Shown: positions 60,268 to 64,000 of the stretch, one piece after another
Layout: each line of letters begins with the position of its first letter
How positions within the stretch are numbered: the first letter of the stretch is position 1
The notes under the pieces: model-generated
The model's database searches: none
What the model was told of the DNA's origin: nothing
The model's input: the letters and a program-made list of their open reading frames with translations, nothing else
Made by a program: the position numbers and the translations under genes
NCBI GenBank assembly: GCA_000708835.1
Contig: DF237036.1
Span: 153,447-217,446 of the forward strand
DNA length: 64,000 nucleotides
Source: Klebsormidium nitens
Lineage: Eukaryota; Plantae; Klebsormidiophyceae
Direction of reading: 5' to 3'

Positions 60268-63200
60268 ATGGCGGTCTTTGTGCAAGGAGCGGTCTTCTTG
60301 GCTCTCGTCCTGGCCTTCTCTATGCAATGTGAGGTGGTTACTGCCTTCAATGTGAGCTACCTCCAAGGTTGCCACGAGTTCAACAATGTTACCGTGTAAC
60401 NNNNNNNNNNNNNNNNNNNNNNNNNNNNNNNNNNNNNNNNNNNNNNNNNNNNNNNNNNNNNNNNNNNNNNNNNNNNNNNNNNNNNNNNNNNNNNNNNNNN
60501 NNNNNNNNNNNNNNNNNNNNNNNNNNNNNNNNNNNNNNNNNNNNNNNNNNNNNNNNNNNNNNNNNNNNNNNNNNNNNNNNNNNNNNNNNNNNNNNNNNNN
60601 NNNNNNNNNNNNNNNNNNNNNNNNNNNNNNNNNNNNNNNNNNNNNNNNNNNNNNNNNNNNNNNNNNNNNNNNNNNNNNNNNNNNNNNNNNNNNNNNNNNN
60701 NNNNNNNNNNNNNNNNNNNNNNNNNNNNNNNNNNNNNNNNNNNNNNNNNNNNNNNNNNNNNNNNNNNNNNNNNNNNNNNNNNNNNNNNNNNNNNACGGCG
60801 TCTTGCAGACCGCCACGCAGTGCGTCGTTAAGACGTAACCACCGCCGTTTCGCTAACCCGCAGGTCAACGAAATCCTGTCGAGAACGAGGTTAGGCTTAA
60901 CCAGTCGTAATCGTTACATACCGAGCTCTACCTGAACTATACGCGTCTAACAGGCCCCATCCCCCCTGAGATTGGCCGCTGCACAGCCCTGGAAGTCCTG
61001 GACCTCTGGTTGAACAATGTAACCAGCATTCCTCCGGAGATTGGTCAGCTGCAAAACCTGAGGGTTCTGAACCTTACCTACAACAAGCTGAAAGGCCCAA
61101 TTCCACCCGAGATTGGTCAGCTTCGCAAGCTGGAGGCGTTACGACTCGGGGTCAACCTTCTGGAAGGCCCCATACCAGCCTGGATAGGCAACCTGTCTCG
61201 ACTTAAGGAACTTGAACTGGGAACCTTGCCACGACTGAATGGCTCTATCCCGACGGAGCTGTGTCGCTTGTCAGAGCTTCAAGAACTGGAATTGTCCTAC
61301 ACAAAGCTGACAGGCCGTCTTCCGGAGTGCCTGGGCACCCTTTCGCAGATGGCTTCTCTCACCCTCTCCCTCAACGAGAATCTCCAGGTGGGGGACAGTA
61401 TCCAGGCGGTTCTTGGAAGCCTCAGCAATTTGACTAAGTTGGTAATGACACAGGCCAACTTATCGGGCCCCCTGCCTGCTGCTATCGGCGGTCTAACCAA
61501 GCTCCAGACACTGTGGCTACCAAGCAACAATATCTCCTCAGTCCCTGGCAACTTGAGGAACCTGGTGCAGCTCCGAAAGGTGGACTTGTCATACAACGCT
61601 CTCTCTGGGGATGAAGTCCTTCCTACCCTGTGCCAGATCCCGACTATCGATGATCTGTCCCTCTTCAGTAACAACCTGAGTGGGCCCATCCCATCCTGCA
61701 TCAAGAACTGGTCCAGAATGACTTGGCTTTATCTTGGTAGGAACTCCTTTTCGGGGACGGTGCCGCCAGAGCTAGCCCTCATTTCCAACAGAAACCTCGG
61801 GCCAAACAACCTGTCAGGGCCACTGCCTGTAGATATCCTGGTCAAGTTGAAGAATCTGACTTCAGTAACTTTACTTTGTAACCGGTTCAGTGGGCCTATT
61901 CCCCCTGGGATTATGAATCTTACCGCGCTATCTTCTTCGTTGGACCTATTCTCCAATGAGCTCGAAGGCCCTATCCCCTTAGAGATCGGACTGATGACCA
62001 AGTTATCCACGCTTAACCTGGCTTCCAACAAGTTAGTGGGGCCCATTTCCTACGTCATTAGGCCAGATGCCCAAGCTTTCAACGCTGAACTTGGCCAACA
62101 ATCCTTTCCTTGGGACCATTCCGCCTTTCCTTGGCAATATAACCAGCCTCACCGACTTGAACCTGAGCTCTTGTGGATTCAGTGGGCCAATTCCTTCGGA
62201 ACTAGGTCAACTCAGCAACCTGAAGCACTTAGACTTGAGGCGCAACAGTCTGGTTGGCTCTCTCGCTCCCCTTTCCAGTAAAAATACCTCTAACCTATTC
62301 AGCCTCTACCTGAGCTACAACTCTCTGAGCGGGACTATTCCCCCGGTCTGGTTTGAGGGAGACGGGTTGGGCAGCTTATATTTGGACCACAACCGCCTTT
62401 CCGGTTCCATCCCTCCATATGTGGGCAAGATGAAACAACCCGATTATACACAAGGGTTTCTGAACTACCTCCTTCTAGACCTGTCTTCCAACCAGTTCAA
62501 TGGTAGCATCCCCACTGAGGTCCAGCAACTGTCCTCGTCAATGCTTACATTCAACCTATCCAACAACGACCTCTCGGGCTCTATCCGGTTGCCGCCAGCT
62601 CTTGTCAACCTGGGGGGGGCCCTCGCAGATGCTGATGCTTTCTCGGGAGCGCTGGATTTGAGCAACAACGGGCCTCTAGCGGTGCTTCCGGGAGCCAACT
62701 TCAGCGGGCGCGATGTGATCGCGCTTCCCAACCTGACCTTCACGGGGACAGCTCCTTTGGTTGCGCCTGACCTGCGTGTCATGCAACTAGGGTCGGACAA
62801 GATACGGGCCGGCAAGAAGCTAGACCTCCGGGCGTTGCCGGCTACCTGCCCTTACGTGAGCTACACCCACGGCAAAGTGTCCGACATCGTATTTTGGGAC
62901 GCGTGCTACTCCAGTTCGGGGTGCGTTGTAAACCTGGTGGGTACGGGATCCAAGCTGAGTGCAGCGACTAGAGAGGAGGTGTGCCTCAACCGGATCTCGG
63001 TGTTCTTGGAGGGGGACGCGCCGGTCGTGGTCTTCCCCTACGGAGCGCCTAAAAACAGCTACCTTGGCAACAGCCGGGGGGCGCAGTACCGCTTCAACGA
63101 GAGCAACTTTATCGACAAGATCGACCTGGGGCGCGGGGGGTCCGCGTACACCGGCGTGAGCTTTGCGCGCGTGCAAGAGGGCAACCTGTGCGGTACCCGG

Positions 63201-64000
63201 AGGCAGGAACAGTGGTGGGCGTTACGTACGGCGTCTTCGCCGCTTTGATGCTGTTGAGCTCGGTGGGCTGGTGGGTCGCGGCGCGGCTGAACCGGTTCCA
63301 GGGCGCGAGCGGAAAGAAGCGAGCGCCGGTGATTGCGCTGGGTGCCTACTTATTTAACCTCGGTCGTGGGCTCCTGACGTGGCTCGATCTGGCGACGGAT
63401 GTTGCCGTCATGGCGTCTATTTGGGGCGGTTGGTCCGCGTGGTTTCTCCTGGCGTTTATCGTCGTGCCTTATGCTCTGAGCGCCGCTTGTGGCGTCCGTG
63501 TGTATCTGGAGACGGGCTCGGCTGAGATACTCCGCCAGGTAAGAAAGCTGGTACTTTTCCAATCAAATGAAAGCTGTCGGTGCTTTCTGATTGGATGGAA
63601 CGGCCTAGTCGTTTGATGCTGCTGCAGGGTTGATTGAATTTTGCCATGCTTTTCCTGCGATGCTTTGGCCGTTCTTTTGGCAAGCTAGCATCTTGAAACC
63701 GTCCGACAACCGTTCGCTACCTTTGACGTGCAAAATTGATGCGAAATCACTTGTGCCAAGTAGACGCAGCAACTCTGTTGCTCAGCTTGGTTGATCAGGA
63801 GTCCGTATCCCAGTCACTGGAACGCCCGTCCTGACTTTCGATTCTTCTTTTTTGAAGGTGCGTTTCACGTGGGTCTGTTACACCAGGGGGGCTACACCCC
63901 ATGACCCCACGCCCCTGAAGAGCTTCCCTACGTGGAAATACCCCCTCGTGGTCCTTCTTTCCCCATTGGTGTAACGATTACGACTGGTTAAGCCTAACCT
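60268..64000 (+). CDS. LRR receptor-like protein with a TM helix and a downstream multipass (XK-related-like) region; interrupted by a gap and two 1-nt frameshifts
   Basis: Signal peptide MAVFVQGAVFLALVLAFSMQCEVVTA at 60268. Many plant-type LRRs (LxxLxLxxNxLxGPIPxEIG) run from ~60920 to ~62660 across ORFs 61010-62281 and 62067-63248. TM VVGVTYGVFAALMLLSSVGWWV and further hydrophobic helices lie in 63188-63538. Donor CAG|GTAAGA at 63539; a probable next exon starts at 63858. Confidence 0.75.
60401..60795. other. Assembly gap (395 N)
   Basis: Run of n characters. Confidence 1.

Noticed and set aside
60229-60935. ORFs spanning the N run
   Set aside because: Artefacts of translating the gap.
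1-64000. Autonomous transposon, rRNA or tRNA genes
   Set aside because: No transposase, RT or integrase motifs, terminal repeats, or RNA-gene signatures were recognised by eye. Small non-autonomous elements could have been missed.

Overview
Eukaryotic, intron-rich nuclear DNA (GT-AG introns, CTRAY branch sites). The gene content and intron style point to a streptophyte green alga such as Klebsormidium; this is an inference. Spliced gene models, built by hand with exon phases checked: a HAD-IG 5'-nucleotidase (-, runs off the left edge); two convergent proline-rich single-pass membrane glycoproteins; two tandem F-box/LRR-like paralogs (one frameshifted); a two-domain GPI-type fasciclin-like AGP plus a decayed 3' copy; an O-fucosyltransferase-family (PF10250/GT106-type) gene with a 7.7-kb intron; a GT77-type nucleotide-diphospho-sugar transferase; an F-box/SEL1-repeat protein; and an LRR receptor-like gene with a multipass, XK-like C-terminus, interrupted by an assembly gap and two 1-nt frameshifts. 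Three structural patterns stand out. (1) In four unrelated genes, introns are partly built from 115-175-bp tandem copies that span a splice junction, so each intron carries stacked decoy splice sites and exon fragments that decay with distance from the real exon. (2) A ~4.9-kb intronic array of ~25 x ~190-bp units has a consensus containing an acceptor, a 57-nt phase-0 micro-exon and a donor, plus a GGGTA..TACCC hairpin and a GCCACGT box. (3) A ~6-kb tandem segmental duplication with intragenic breakpoints produced a chimeric pseudogene. No rRNA, tRNA, CRISPR array or recognisable transposase was seen.
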